Shown: piece by piece, positions 24,310 to 32,000 of the stretch
Numbering within the stretch: the stretch's first letter is position 1
Layout: each line of letters starts with the position of its first letter
Assembly: GCF_000383295.1 (NCBI RefSeq)
Contig: NZ_KB911066.1
Location: 546,836 to 578,835, forward strand
Direction: 5' to 3'
DNA: 32,000 nucleotides
From: Faecalispora sporosphaeroides DSM 1294
GTDB lineage: Bacteria > Bacillota > Clostridia > Oscillospirales > Acutalibacteraceae
The notes under the pieces: model-generated
The model's database searches: none
Told to the model about the DNA's origin: nothing
Seen by the model: only the letters and a program-made list of their open reading frames with translations
Made by a program: the position numbers and the translations under genes

Positions 24310-26475
24310 ATGGATATGATCGCGGAGCTGTCAAAGGAATTCCGCCTGAACCAGCAGCATGTGGGGAACATCATTACACTGATCGACGACGGGAATACCA
24401 TTCCGTTTATTGCGCGGTACCGCAAGGAAATGACCGGCTCCTGCGACGACCAGGTTCTGCGCGAGCTGTCGGACCGCCTGCAATACCTGCGGAACCTGGA
24501 AAAGCGCAAGGAAGAAATTTTAGAGAGCATCGCGGCGCAGGGCAAAATGACCGACGCGCTTTTCCTCGCCGTTCAAAGCGCGAAAACACTCGCGGAAGCG
24601 GAGGATTTATACCGGCCTTACCGCCCCAAGCGCCGCACCCGGGCCACCATCGCGCAGGAAAAGGGCCTGCGCCCTCTGGCCGACCTGATCATGGCGCAAA
24701 CACAGCGCGGTACCACACTGGAAAAGCTTGCCGCTCCCTATGTCAATCTGGAAAAGGGTGTGGAATTCTGGGAGGATGCGGTGCAGGGCGCGCAGGATAT
24801 TCTGGCCGAGGAGATTTCAGACGACGCGGAGATGCGAAAAAAGCTGCGTCAGATCATACGAAGGGACGGGCTTGTGGTATCCCGCGCCGTTCAGGAAAAC
24901 CCGGTGTATGAAATGTACGCCGAATATTCCGAGCCCGTCAGTAAAATACCGAGCCACCGGATTCTGGCGATTGACCGCGGAGAAAAGGAAGAATGCCTGA
25001 AAGTAAAGCTGGAGCTGAACGATGTGCCCGCGCTTGCGGCCTTGTGCGATCGGTTTGTAAAACTTGGCAGCGTCACCTCTGCCTGCGTCAAAGGGGCCGC
25101 GGAGGATTCCTGGAAACGCCTGATTCTCCCCTCCCTTGAGCGAGAAATCCGGAACGAATTGACGCAGCGGGCGGCCAAGCAGGCGATCTCGATGTTTGCC
25201 CTGAATTTAAAGCCCCTTCTGCTCCAGCCCCCGGTGAAGGACAAGGTGATCATGGGCTTTGACCCCGCCTACCGCACGGGCTGCAAGATCGCGGTGGTGG
25301 ACGCGACCGGCAAGGTGCTGGACACCACCGTGGTGTACCCCACCCCACCCCACAAAAAGGTAGAAGAAGCAAAGCGGGAGCTCAAGCGCCTGATTGTCAA
25401 GCACGGCGTCACAATCATTTCGATCGGGAACGGCACCGCCTCCAAGGAATCCGAAATCTTTGTGGCAGAGCTCCTGCGTGAGCTGGAAACGCCGGTCAGC
25501 TATATGGTCGTCAGCGAGGCCGGAGCCTCGGTGTATTCGGCGTCAAAACTGGCCGCCGCGGAGTTCCCCGAGTTCGACGTTTCCCTGCGCAGCGCGGTCT
25601 CGATTGCGCGCAGGCTGCAGGACCCCCTGGCGGAGCTGGTAAAAATCGACCCCAAAGCCATCGGGATCGGCCAGTACCAGCACGACATGCCGCCCGCCGA
25701 GCTGGACAGCGCCCTGGAGGGCGTGGTGGAAAGCTGCGTCAACAGCGTGGGGGTCGATTTGAATACGGCGTCCGTCTCACTTTTGACTCACATTTCGGGC
25801 CTGAACGAAACGGTCGCCAAAAATGTGGTCGCCTACCGGGACGACAACGGGCCGTTCCAGAACCGCAGCCAGCTGAAAAAGGTTGCGCGGCTCGGGCCGA
25901 AGGCCTACGAGCAGTGCGCGGGCTTTCTGCGGATTCCGCGGGGAAAGAATATTCTGGACAACACCTCTGTCCACCCGGAATCGTACGATGCCGTCACAAA
26001 GCTTTTGGAGCTGCTCGGGAGGAAGCCCTCCGACCTGACAATGCAGGGAGTGGGCACGGTGTCGCAGCAGATTGAGAAGATCGGCTGGCAGAAGGCTGCC
26101 GCAGCCTGCGGCGTCGGCATTCCCACGCTGACCGACATCGTCGCCGAGCTGCAAAAGCCGGGACGCGATATCCGCGACGAGCTCCCCCCGCCGCTGCTGC
26201 GAACGGATATCATGAGCCTGTCTGACCTGAAAGCCGGGATGGAGCTGACCGGCACGGTGAGAAACGTCACCGATTTCGGCGCGTTTGTCGACATCGGCGT
26301 GCATCAGGACGGGCTGGTACACATTTCGCAGATGTCGGATCATTTTATCAAGCACCCGTCCGATCTGGTGAAGGTCGGTGATGTGGTACAGGTTACGGTG
26401 CTCAGTGTGGAGGAAGCGAAAAAGCGCATCTCCCTGACAATGAAGCGCACGGAAGCACAAAAAGCAAAGGCGTGA
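24310..26475 (+). CDS. tex: Tex-like transcription accessory protein (YqgF/RuvC-like, HhH and C-terminal S1 domains)
   Basis: Segments FIARYRKE, GFDPAYRTGCK, GIGQYQHD and the S1 domain GTVRNVTDFGAFVDIGVHQDGLVHISQM. An extended -10 TGGTAAAAT lies upstream. Confidence 0.92.
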   Translation: MDMIAELSKEFRLNQQHVGNIITLIDDGNTIPFIARYRKEMTGSCDDQVLRELSDRLQYLRNLEKRKEEILESIAAQGKMTDALFLAVQSAKTLAEAEDLYRPYRPKRRTRATIAQEKGLRPLADLIMAQTQRGTTLEKLAAPYVNLEKGVEFWEDAVQGAQDILAEEISDDAEMRKKLRQIIRRDGLVVSRAVQENPVYEMYAEYSEPVSKIPSHRILAIDRGEKEECLKVKLELNDVPALAALCDRFVKLGSVTSACVKGAAEDSWKRLILPSLEREIRNELTQRAAKQAISMFALNLKPLLLQPPVKDKVIMGFDPAYRTGCKIAVVDATGKVLDTTVVYPTPPHKKVEEAKRELKRLIVKHGVTIISIGNGTASKESEIFVAELLRELETPVSYMVVSEAGASVYSASKLAAAEFPEFDVSLRSAVSIARRLQDPLAELVKIDPKAIGIGQYQHDMPPAELDSALEGVVESCVNSVGVDLNTASVSLLTHISGLNETVAKNVVAYRDDNGPFQNRSQLKKVARLGPKAYEQCAGFLRIPRGKNILDNTSVHPESYDAVTKLLELLGRKPSDLTMQGVGTVSQQIEKIGWQKAAAACGVGIPTLTDIVAELQKPGRDIRDELPPPLLRTDIMSLSDLKAGMELTGTVRNVTDFGAFVDIGVHQDGLVHISQMSDHFIKHPSDLVKVGDVVQVTVLSVEEAKKRISLTMKRTEAQKAKA

Positions 26476-26617
26476 GTTTCGTTTGATCATACGTTTTCTA
26501 ACTTTATTCCGGATGCGAAAAATCAGATAGAACTGATAAAAAGGCGTATCGAGCCGATGCTTGAGGTCTGTGAATCCTAGCACCAGACCATTTTTTTAAA
26601 ATATCCAGAACAATTAA

Positions 26618-26663
26618 AATCGCATGGCCGGCAAACCGAAATACGGCTGCCGGCCATGCGATT
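26618..26663. terminator. Bidirectional terminator between convergent tex and ribokinase
   Basis: Perfect 16-bp stem AATCGCATGGCCGGCA (26618-26633) / TGCCGGCCATGCGATT (26648-26663). T-rich flanks on both strands. Confidence 0.8.
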
Positions 26664-26776
26664 GATTCTATATTTGATTTATTTGAGGAGGCATATTCAG
26701 GCCTTCACATCCCGTGAAAGCATAGGACAATCCGATTCTCAAATTCCTTGATAACACAAAACGCCAGTCATTCGGC

Positions 26777-27673
26777 TTATGTTATGCAGGATAGCTTGGC
26801 GCTGAGCACCTCCTCCCGCCATGGGATGGAGGGAATGGCTCCCTTGCGGGAAACCGCCAGAGAGGACGCGATGGACGCAAGCCGCAGGCATTCCTGCGGG
26901 GAATCACCCCTTGCGACCCCGGAGAAGAAATAGCCGGTAAAGGTATCCCCCGCCGCTGTGGTGTCCACCACGGGAACGTTGTAAATACCGTGGTAAAAGC
27001 GCTGCCTGCCAGCCTGATACACCGCTCCGGCTTTCCCTAAGGTTAAAACGGTGTGAACCTGCGGGTACCGCTTTTGAATCTGCTCGAGTACGGCATCGGG
27101 ATCACGCTCGCCTGTGATCTGGCTGCCCTCAACCTCGTTCATCATCAGCCAGTGTACCTTGTGAAGATCACATCGCTTCACCGCATCGTCGTACGGGGAA
27201 GGGTTCAGCGCGATTTTCATCTTTCGCTGTGCCGCACGTTCGATGAGATAATCGAGCAGGTTGATCTCATTTTGGAGAAGCAGCAGATCGCCCGCTCCAA
27301 AATGAGAGAGCACTTCGTCGACATACGCTTTCTCATTTCTCCGGTTGGCCCCGCCGAACAGAACAATGCTGTTCTGCCCTTTGCCGCTCACCTGAATGAT
27401 CGCGTTGCCGCTGCGTTCCTCCACAGTACGGATCAGGGAGAAATCCACATGATTTTCTTCGCAGGTCTTGCGGAGCATTCCACCGTCTTCCCCCAGCATT
27501 CCCGCATGGAACACCGTGGCGCCGCCCCGGGCCATCGCAACCGACTGGTTCAGGCCTTTCCCGCCGGGGTAGACATTCAGCTGCGTGGAGGAGATCGTTT
27601 CGCCGGGGGCGACGATGTGATCTACGGAATAAACATAATCAATATTGAGCGAACCAAAGTTCAGGATTTTCAT
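26777..27673 (-). CDS. rbsK: Ribokinase (PfkB family)
   Basis: Met at 27673 (MKILNFGSLNIDYV) follows AGGAGG. Motifs PGGKGLNQSVA and DTTAAGDTFTGYF. Confidence 0.88.
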   Translation of the reverse strand: MKILNFGSLNIDYVYSVDHIVAPGETISSTQLNVYPGGKGLNQSVAMARGGATVFHAGMLGEDGGMLRKTCEENHVDFSLIRTVEERSGNAIIQVSGKGQNSIVLFGGANRRNEKAYVDEVLSHFGAGDLLLLQNEINLLDYLIERAAQRKMKIALNPSPYDDAVKRCDLHKVHWLMMNEVEGSQITGERDPDAVLEQIQKRYPQVHTVLTLGKAGAVYQAGRQRFYHGIYNVPVVDTTAAGDTFTGYFFSGVARGDSPQECLRLASIASSLAVSRKGAIPSIPWREEVLSAKLSCIT

Positions 27674-27874
27674 TCGATTTCCTCCTTTCTTTCCAGCAAA
27701 GCACTGTTTTATCATCAATTCACTTTAGTATGGGCCAATGCAGCTGCCAAGGTCTATTCCCCGCCTGCGGTGGAGAAAGAGACCAATGATTGCTTTAAAG
27801 CCTTTGTTACTGTGCGGCGTTTCTTTCTTTTCGCTTCATTTCCTAGAAAGACGCAGCCGGTAAGCCGACAGATC

Positions 27875-28192
27875 TTATATCTCTACCAGCAGCTCCATCA
27901 GCGGGGCGTGCTGCTGCGCGCCGTATACGTCTCTGTCAAAGCTGGTGCCGGATGAAATCCGGCGGGCAAACGTGATCTTGAACCCGAGCGCCGGGTCAAA
28001 AAACACGATGTTGGTGATCAGGCTTTCGGGAATGTGATACAGCTCTGCCACCAGCGCACGGTTGATGACACCGCTTTCTTTGATCTTCCGGTAGATTTGT
28101 TCGTCGTCGAACAGGCAGTCCAGCGTCATTTCAAAGGGCCCGCTGTTTTTGGAGCGCAGCACCTTCGCGCATTCATACAGCCGCTTTTTCAT
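27875..28192 (-). CDS. DUF4387 domain protein
   Basis: Met at 28192 (MKKRLYECAKVLRSKNSGPFEMTLD) overlaps the upstream stop by 4 nt. About 105 aa. Segments SKNSGPFxxTLD and DVYGAQQH are as I recall for DUF4387, which usually follows DUF1446. Confidence 0.7.
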   Translation of the reverse strand: MKKRLYECAKVLRSKNSGPFEMTLDCLFDDEQIYRKIKESGVINRALVAELYHIPESLITNIVFFDPALGFKITFARRISSGTSFDRDVYGAQQHAPLMELLVEI

Positions 28193-29565
28193 TGCGCGCC
28201 GCCCCCTTTCCATTCTTCCACAGGGAACATCTCTTCCCCGTCCCGCACATCCATCAGGTGGTACAGAGAAAATTCGTATACCCTGCCGAAGGGCACGTCG
28301 CTCGGCGCAAACGGAAACGCCAGATTCCCCGCCGTGGATTTGCGGCCCTCGTACCCGTAATGCAGAAACGTAGAGCGCACCGTGGAGCAGATGGTATCGG
28401 CCAGCTCCTGCGTTTTGGCGATTACCTCGAACACCACGCCCACCTCATGCGGAAGGTCGCGGCAGGGCTCCATCTCGCCCATCACGCCGTTGATGCCGTA
28501 ATTGATAAAGTTGATTTGGTACTCGCTTTCGTTTACATCGCTGTAATAGTCGCGCACCTGTGCTTTTACCTTATCCTGCACCTCTTCCAGCCGGCCGATC
28601 AAAAGCGGGTCGCGGATACCGGCCACGACAAAGGTGCGAAACGCAACCGGCATGGCCCCTTCCAGCTTGATGCGGTAGGGATTGGTTTTCTCGATTCGGC
28701 TGCCGGTAACAAAAACGCTTCGCCCATCCTCGAGCTCGGTAAAGGTGCAGTGCTCCAGATTCAGCACAATGCCGGGGCCGTGCAGAAGATAGGGATGATC
28801 TTTTTCGTAAAAGGTATGGGCCGCAACCGAGGTTTTTGTGCACACCCGGTCTTTCGATAATGGAGTGACGATAAAGCCATCCTCACGGATGACGCCGAGC
28901 ATGCAGTCCTTGGTGGTGCCGGGCTGTGCGCACAGCGCCGCGCATTCCAGAATTTTGCCCGCGTGGTAGCCGTAGGCCAAATCGAACCCGTGGAACACGG
29001 CAACGGCGGCAAAGGGCGAGGGATCGTAGGCGCGGCCGCAGACGATGATGTCCGCCCCCTGCTCCAGCGCCCGCACAATCGGCTCATGGCCCATTTGCGC
29101 CACGATGCCCGTTGTTTTCTCAATGCGCTCCGGGGTGAGCTCGCCCACGGTCAGGCCCAGCGGGTCGATCTTCCCCTCGCTCAGGCGCTGCTTGACGACC
29201 TCTTTCTCTATATCGGCCCAAATGACGGTGAGCTTCAGATGCCGGAGCTCGTGCTCCTTTAATATTTCCTCTATGATCGAAAGCGTCCACTCCACGTGAA
29301 CGCGGCCTCCCGCCCCACCGGCGGAACCGATCACCACCGGAATCTTCGCCCTGGCGCCGTTCGTGATCATAATTTCCAAATCCTTTTTGCAGGCACGGCG
29401 GCTGACGATTGCCACCCCGGCCCCAAGCTTATGGGGGCCGGCGTCCGTGCTGCCCGCATCCACCACAATCGCGTCGGGATTCATTGCCATCCCGTTCAGA
29501 AAAGAGCTTTCCGGAAATCCATACCCGAGGATTCCGCAGGGGGAAAGCAGCCTGAGCTCTTTCAT
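28189..29565 (-). CDS. DUF1446 / AtuA-like (acyclic terpene utilisation family) protein, function unknown
   Basis: ORF 28189..29565 with AAAGGAGG upstream. The N-terminal RLLSPCGILGYGFPE...VVDAGSTDAGP and the ~458 aa length fit the DUF1446 family. Confidence 0.7.
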   Translation of the reverse strand: MKELRLLSPCGILGYGFPESSFLNGMAMNPDAIVVDAGSTDAGPHKLGAGVAIVSRRACKKDLEIMITNGARAKIPVVIGSAGGAGGRVHVEWTLSIIEEILKEHELRHLKLTVIWADIEKEVVKQRLSEGKIDPLGLTVGELTPERIEKTTGIVAQMGHEPIVRALEQGADIIVCGRAYDPSPFAAVAVFHGFDLAYGYHAGKILECAALCAQPGTTKDCMLGVIREDGFIVTPLSKDRVCTKTSVAAHTFYEKDHPYLLHGPGIVLNLEHCTFTELEDGRSVFVTGSRIEKTNPYRIKLEGAMPVAFRTFVVAGIRDPLLIGRLEEVQDKVKAQVRDYYSDVNESEYQINFINYGINGVMGEMEPCRDLPHEVGVVFEVIAKTQELADTICSTVRSTFLHYGYEGRKSTAGNLAFPFAPSDVPFGRVYEFSLYHLMDVRDGEEMFPVEEWKGGGAQ

Positions 29566-29567
29566 GT

Positions 29568-31670
29568 TTATTCCTCCTTTACGGTGAAATCTCCAAAGGC
29601 GGTGCGGCCGATGCTCAGCGAACCACAGCCGAACATGCCGTATTCATAGGAATCGTCTTTGGCGGAAAGCATCTCTTTCCCGTCGACCAAAAGGGTGATC
29701 GTATCGCCAACGGCTTTGAGCGAGAGCTCATAAGCCTGCTCCTGCTCCCACCCGAACGCGGCGCTGCCGAGCTCGCGGTAGCCAAAATCATTTTTGTACA
29801 GCTTCACGGTTCCGTCCGCGGCGAGACCTCCGGCGTAGCCGCGCATCGCGCCCTGCGCGCGGATGGTAAGCAGGTGGCTGTCGCCGTTGAGCGGCGTAAC
29901 CGGGGCCGTAACGGTGTAATCCGCCGCGTAGTAATTGCCCGCGTAGGCAAAGGCCGGCTCGCAGCGCATCAAAAGCAGCCGGCTGCCCTCCAGATCCCAC
30001 GCGCCGTGGTCGAACGAGAAGGGCGTCACGCAGCCAAACTCCGTTTTCTGCTTCGCGAGGGCAATGCGGTACTCGCTCTTCCCGGTAATCGAGAAATCAT
30101 CCAGATACAGCATTCCGAGTGTTTTGGATTTTGCCGGGGAGTAGCCTTCGATCACGATACCGACCTCATCGACCATATCGCCGTCGGTATCCGGAATCCG
30201 GAAGGAAACCTCCAGCCATTTGCCCTGCTGAAGCTTGATGTAGCCCTGCAGATGATCCTTTTTATCGCTGGTGGTGCGCACGTAAGGCGCGATGCCGATG
30301 GTCTCCCAGCCGTTCCACTGGTCCAAATACAGCTTCATGGAAACGATCTGGCCCGGGTAGGCGGTCGGCGTGAAAACAGGGCTGTACCGCTCATCTGAAA
30401 AATCGTCGCGGCGGTAGAACGGCTTGTAAAACAGCTTGCACTGGTGGCCGCGCTCCATGCGGTCCACCAGCACCTTCAAAGAGCCGGTGCCGCTTGCCGC
30501 CTGCTCGGTGGAATGCCAGGTGCGGCAGAAGAACGGGTCGGACACGCGCATGTTGTGCGTGGAGCCGGGCAGCTCAAAATCGAAATGAACCTCGCCCTGA
30601 CGATAGGAATCGCTGATTTCGGCGGGCATCTCTTCCCCTGCAATACGGTAGCCCAAAGCGGCGACCTCTTTGCAGTAGGTGGGGACATCCAGAATATTCA
30701 GGTAACCGGAAATACCGGAAAGCACAAGACCGTCATTGATCGGGCCGCGGTAGCGCTCCGGCAGCCCATCGATGCCGCACGCCACGCCCAGCACAGTGCC
30801 GACGTTCCCGGCGTTGCAGTCGGTATCCCACCCGCACATGGTGGCAATCTCCACCGTGCGCGCAAAATTCCCCTGCCCATACGCCATTGCTAGGATGCAC
30901 ACACCGGCGTTCGGAATGATATGGCATACTCCGCCGTATTTGTCGTAGCCCCAGTCGTCCACCAGCATCTGGTGGCAGGCCCGCCAGTCCTCCGGGTGCT
31001 CTGCGTGGAAACGCAGTACCGCGTCGGCAACCCGTCGGTACAGGGAGTCCTCCGGGATTTCCGCAAACCCGGCGCTCATGATCTCGTTGATGTCGCTGGT
31101 TTCAAATGCCTTTGCAATTGCGGCGCAGAAGAAGCGCGCCCCGTAAACGCCCTCACCGTCGTGAGAAACGCTGGCCGCCGCCGCGCCGTACTCCGCCGCG
31201 CGGTGCGGCTCGCAGGGGTTGACCAGACCCCATGTATCAATAAAGATCTGCCCGCCAATCTGCTCGGCAATCGTCTTGCCGTTCTGCTGGATCGAGCCGG
31301 AGCGCGGAGCGGGAATGCCCGCCTTCAGGTTCAGGTACGCGGTGTGCTCGGTGCTGCGGCCATAGCCGCCCCACCAGAACATGCCCACGCCTTCGCGCGC
31401 ATAATTCAGCCAAGCTCTGGCCACATCCTGCGGTTCCAACGGACGGTCAGCCGCGTCATCGTACAGCGCTCTTAAAAAATAAACAGGGCCGTTTACATCG
31501 TCGTCGGCTGCGAAATTTTTAAAGTCCTTTACATAGTCCGTAATCTCTCCATATGTATTTCGGATGCGCTCATAGGTCCAAATGGTCGGTTCCACCGGAG
31601 CGCCGAGCCGAATGCCGATGTTCATTCCCAAAAATCCGGAATAAACCTTTTCGAGATAATCCTTGATCAT
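29568..31670 (-). CDS. ADP-ribosylglycohydrolase-fold protein with a ~350-aa beta-rich C-terminal extension
   Basis: Met at 31670 (MIKDYLEKV) lies 7 nt after GGAGG. Segments FAADDDVNGP and the metal-site-like CGWDTDCNAGNVG are typical of the ARH/DraG fold. No signal peptide. The stop lies 2 nt before the DUF1446 ATG. Confidence 0.8.
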   Translation of the reverse strand: MIKDYLEKVYSGFLGMNIGIRLGAPVEPTIWTYERIRNTYGEITDYVKDFKNFAADDDVNGPVYFLRALYDDAADRPLEPQDVARAWLNYAREGVGMFWWGGYGRSTEHTAYLNLKAGIPAPRSGSIQQNGKTIAEQIGGQIFIDTWGLVNPCEPHRAAEYGAAAASVSHDGEGVYGARFFCAAIAKAFETSDINEIMSAGFAEIPEDSLYRRVADAVLRFHAEHPEDWRACHQMLVDDWGYDKYGGVCHIIPNAGVCILAMAYGQGNFARTVEIATMCGWDTDCNAGNVGTVLGVACGIDGLPERYRGPINDGLVLSGISGYLNILDVPTYCKEVAALGYRIAGEEMPAEISDSYRQGEVHFDFELPGSTHNMRVSDPFFCRTWHSTEQAASGTGSLKVLVDRMERGHQCKLFYKPFYRRDDFSDERYSPVFTPTAYPGQIVSMKLYLDQWNGWETIGIAPYVRTTSDKKDHLQGYIKLQQGKWLEVSFRIPDTDGDMVDEVGIVIEGYSPAKSKTLGMLYLDDFSITGKSEYRIALAKQKTEFGCVTPFSFDHGAWDLEGSRLLLMRCEPAFAYAGNYYAADYTVTAPVTPLNGDSHLLTIRAQGAMRGYAGGLAADGTVKLYKNDFGYRELGSAAFGWEQEQAYELSLKAVGDTITLLVDGKEMLSAKDDSYEYGMFGCGSLSIGRTAFGDFTVKEE

Positions 31671-31783
31671 TTTGTAGCCTCCCAATCGTTTCACTTATTG
31701 ACGGCAATGCCGCTAGAAAAGCCGTTGTTTTTACACAGACTCCCTTTGCAAGCGGATGCATTTTAAGAAACCGGTTACTCAGT

Positions 31784-31812
31784 ATTATACTCATTCTTTT
31801 GTCGCTTTTCAA
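31784..31812 (-). promoter_or_regulatory. Strong sigma-A-type promoter for the ARH-DUF1446-DUF4387 operon (TTGAAA-N17-TATAAT)
   Basis: On the minus strand, TTGAAA is at 31812-31807 and TATAAT at 31789-31784. This leaves a ~105-nt 5' UTR before the ATG at 31670. Confidence 0.65.
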
Positions 31813-31895
31813 GAGGCGTTATCCATAAAAATACGATAATTCTATGGTTATTGTCCTTAAATTTCTGTGGGAATCGGGAATAAAAAAGAAACCGC

Positions 31896-31925
31896 TTGCT
31901 TTTTGTTTCTCAGTTTGTTTATAAT
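31896..31925 (+). promoter_or_regulatory. Divergent promoter candidate TTGCTT-N18-TATAAT
   Basis: TTGCTT at 31896-31901 and TATAAT at 31920-31925. Downstream, GGAGGG plus an ATG at 31994 suggest a + strand gene that starts at the very edge of the window. Confidence 0.45.
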
Positions 31926-32000
31926 AGGACAAAAGAAAGTTGCAGGCGCAGCGCGTTTGAGGCGCCTGGATTCGGCCGTTTGGAGGGAAAAGCATGCAGA

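Noticed and set aside
26565-26597. Weak hairpin GGTCTG...CAGACC followed by T7, downstream of tex
   Set aside because: It has only a 6-bp stem with a 13-nt loop. The much stronger 16-bp-stem terminator at 26618-26663 is the more credible terminator. Not reported as a separate feature.
31994-32000. Possible + strand gene start (GGAGGG-N6-ATG) at the window edge
   Set aside because: Only 7 nt are visible, so it cannot be called as a CDS. It is mentioned only as context for the divergent promoter candidate.
1-32000. Looked for CRISPR repeats, tRNA/rRNA, IS elements or inverted terminal repeats, integrases, toxin-antitoxin pairs and defence-system hallmarks
   Set aside because: I saw no periodic direct repeats, cloverleaf-like RNA genes, transposase/recombinase-like ORFs or defence-type domains. 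The window reads as metabolic and transport modules only.

Overview
High-GC (roughly 55-60% by eye) chromosomal segment. GGAGG-type ribosome-binding sites, lipoprotein-type solute-binding proteins and the gene content point to a Gram-positive anaerobe of the Clostridia type; this is inference. I saw no rRNA, tRNA, CRISPR array, transposase or integrase. The window is a mosaic of accessory catabolic modules plus one housekeeping gene (tex).

(1) 1-7587, + strand: eight genes. They are a PdxA2-like dehydrogenase, two xylose-isomerase-fold TIM-barrel enzymes, an Asp/Glu-racemase-superfamily protein, a split transketolase, a glycerate-dehydrogenase-like enzyme and a glycerate kinase.

(2) 7852-13619, - strand: a LacI-family regulator followed by a CUT2 (ribose-type) ABC importer operon that ends in an aldo/keto reductase. 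An 18-bp perfect LacI-type palindrome lies in its promoter region.

(3) 14225-24073, + strand: ten tightly coupled genes. They are an M20 carbamoylase-family amidase, an ATZ/TRZ-type amidohydrolase, a two-subunit aconitase X (DUF521 + DUF126), a D-2-hydroxyacid dehydrogenase, a NitT/TauT-family ABC importer, a HutD-like protein and an RpiR/SIS regulator. I cannot map this combination onto any described pathway, and it is the best candidate for an undescribed system.

(4) 24310-26475: tex.

(5) 26777-31670, - strand: a large ADP-ribosylglycohydrolase-fold protein with a ~350-aa beta-rich C-terminal extension, then DUF1446 (AtuA-like), DUF4387 and a ribokinase. This is a second cluster with no assigned function.

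All functional calls rest on motif and family recognition from the translated ORFs. No database search was run.
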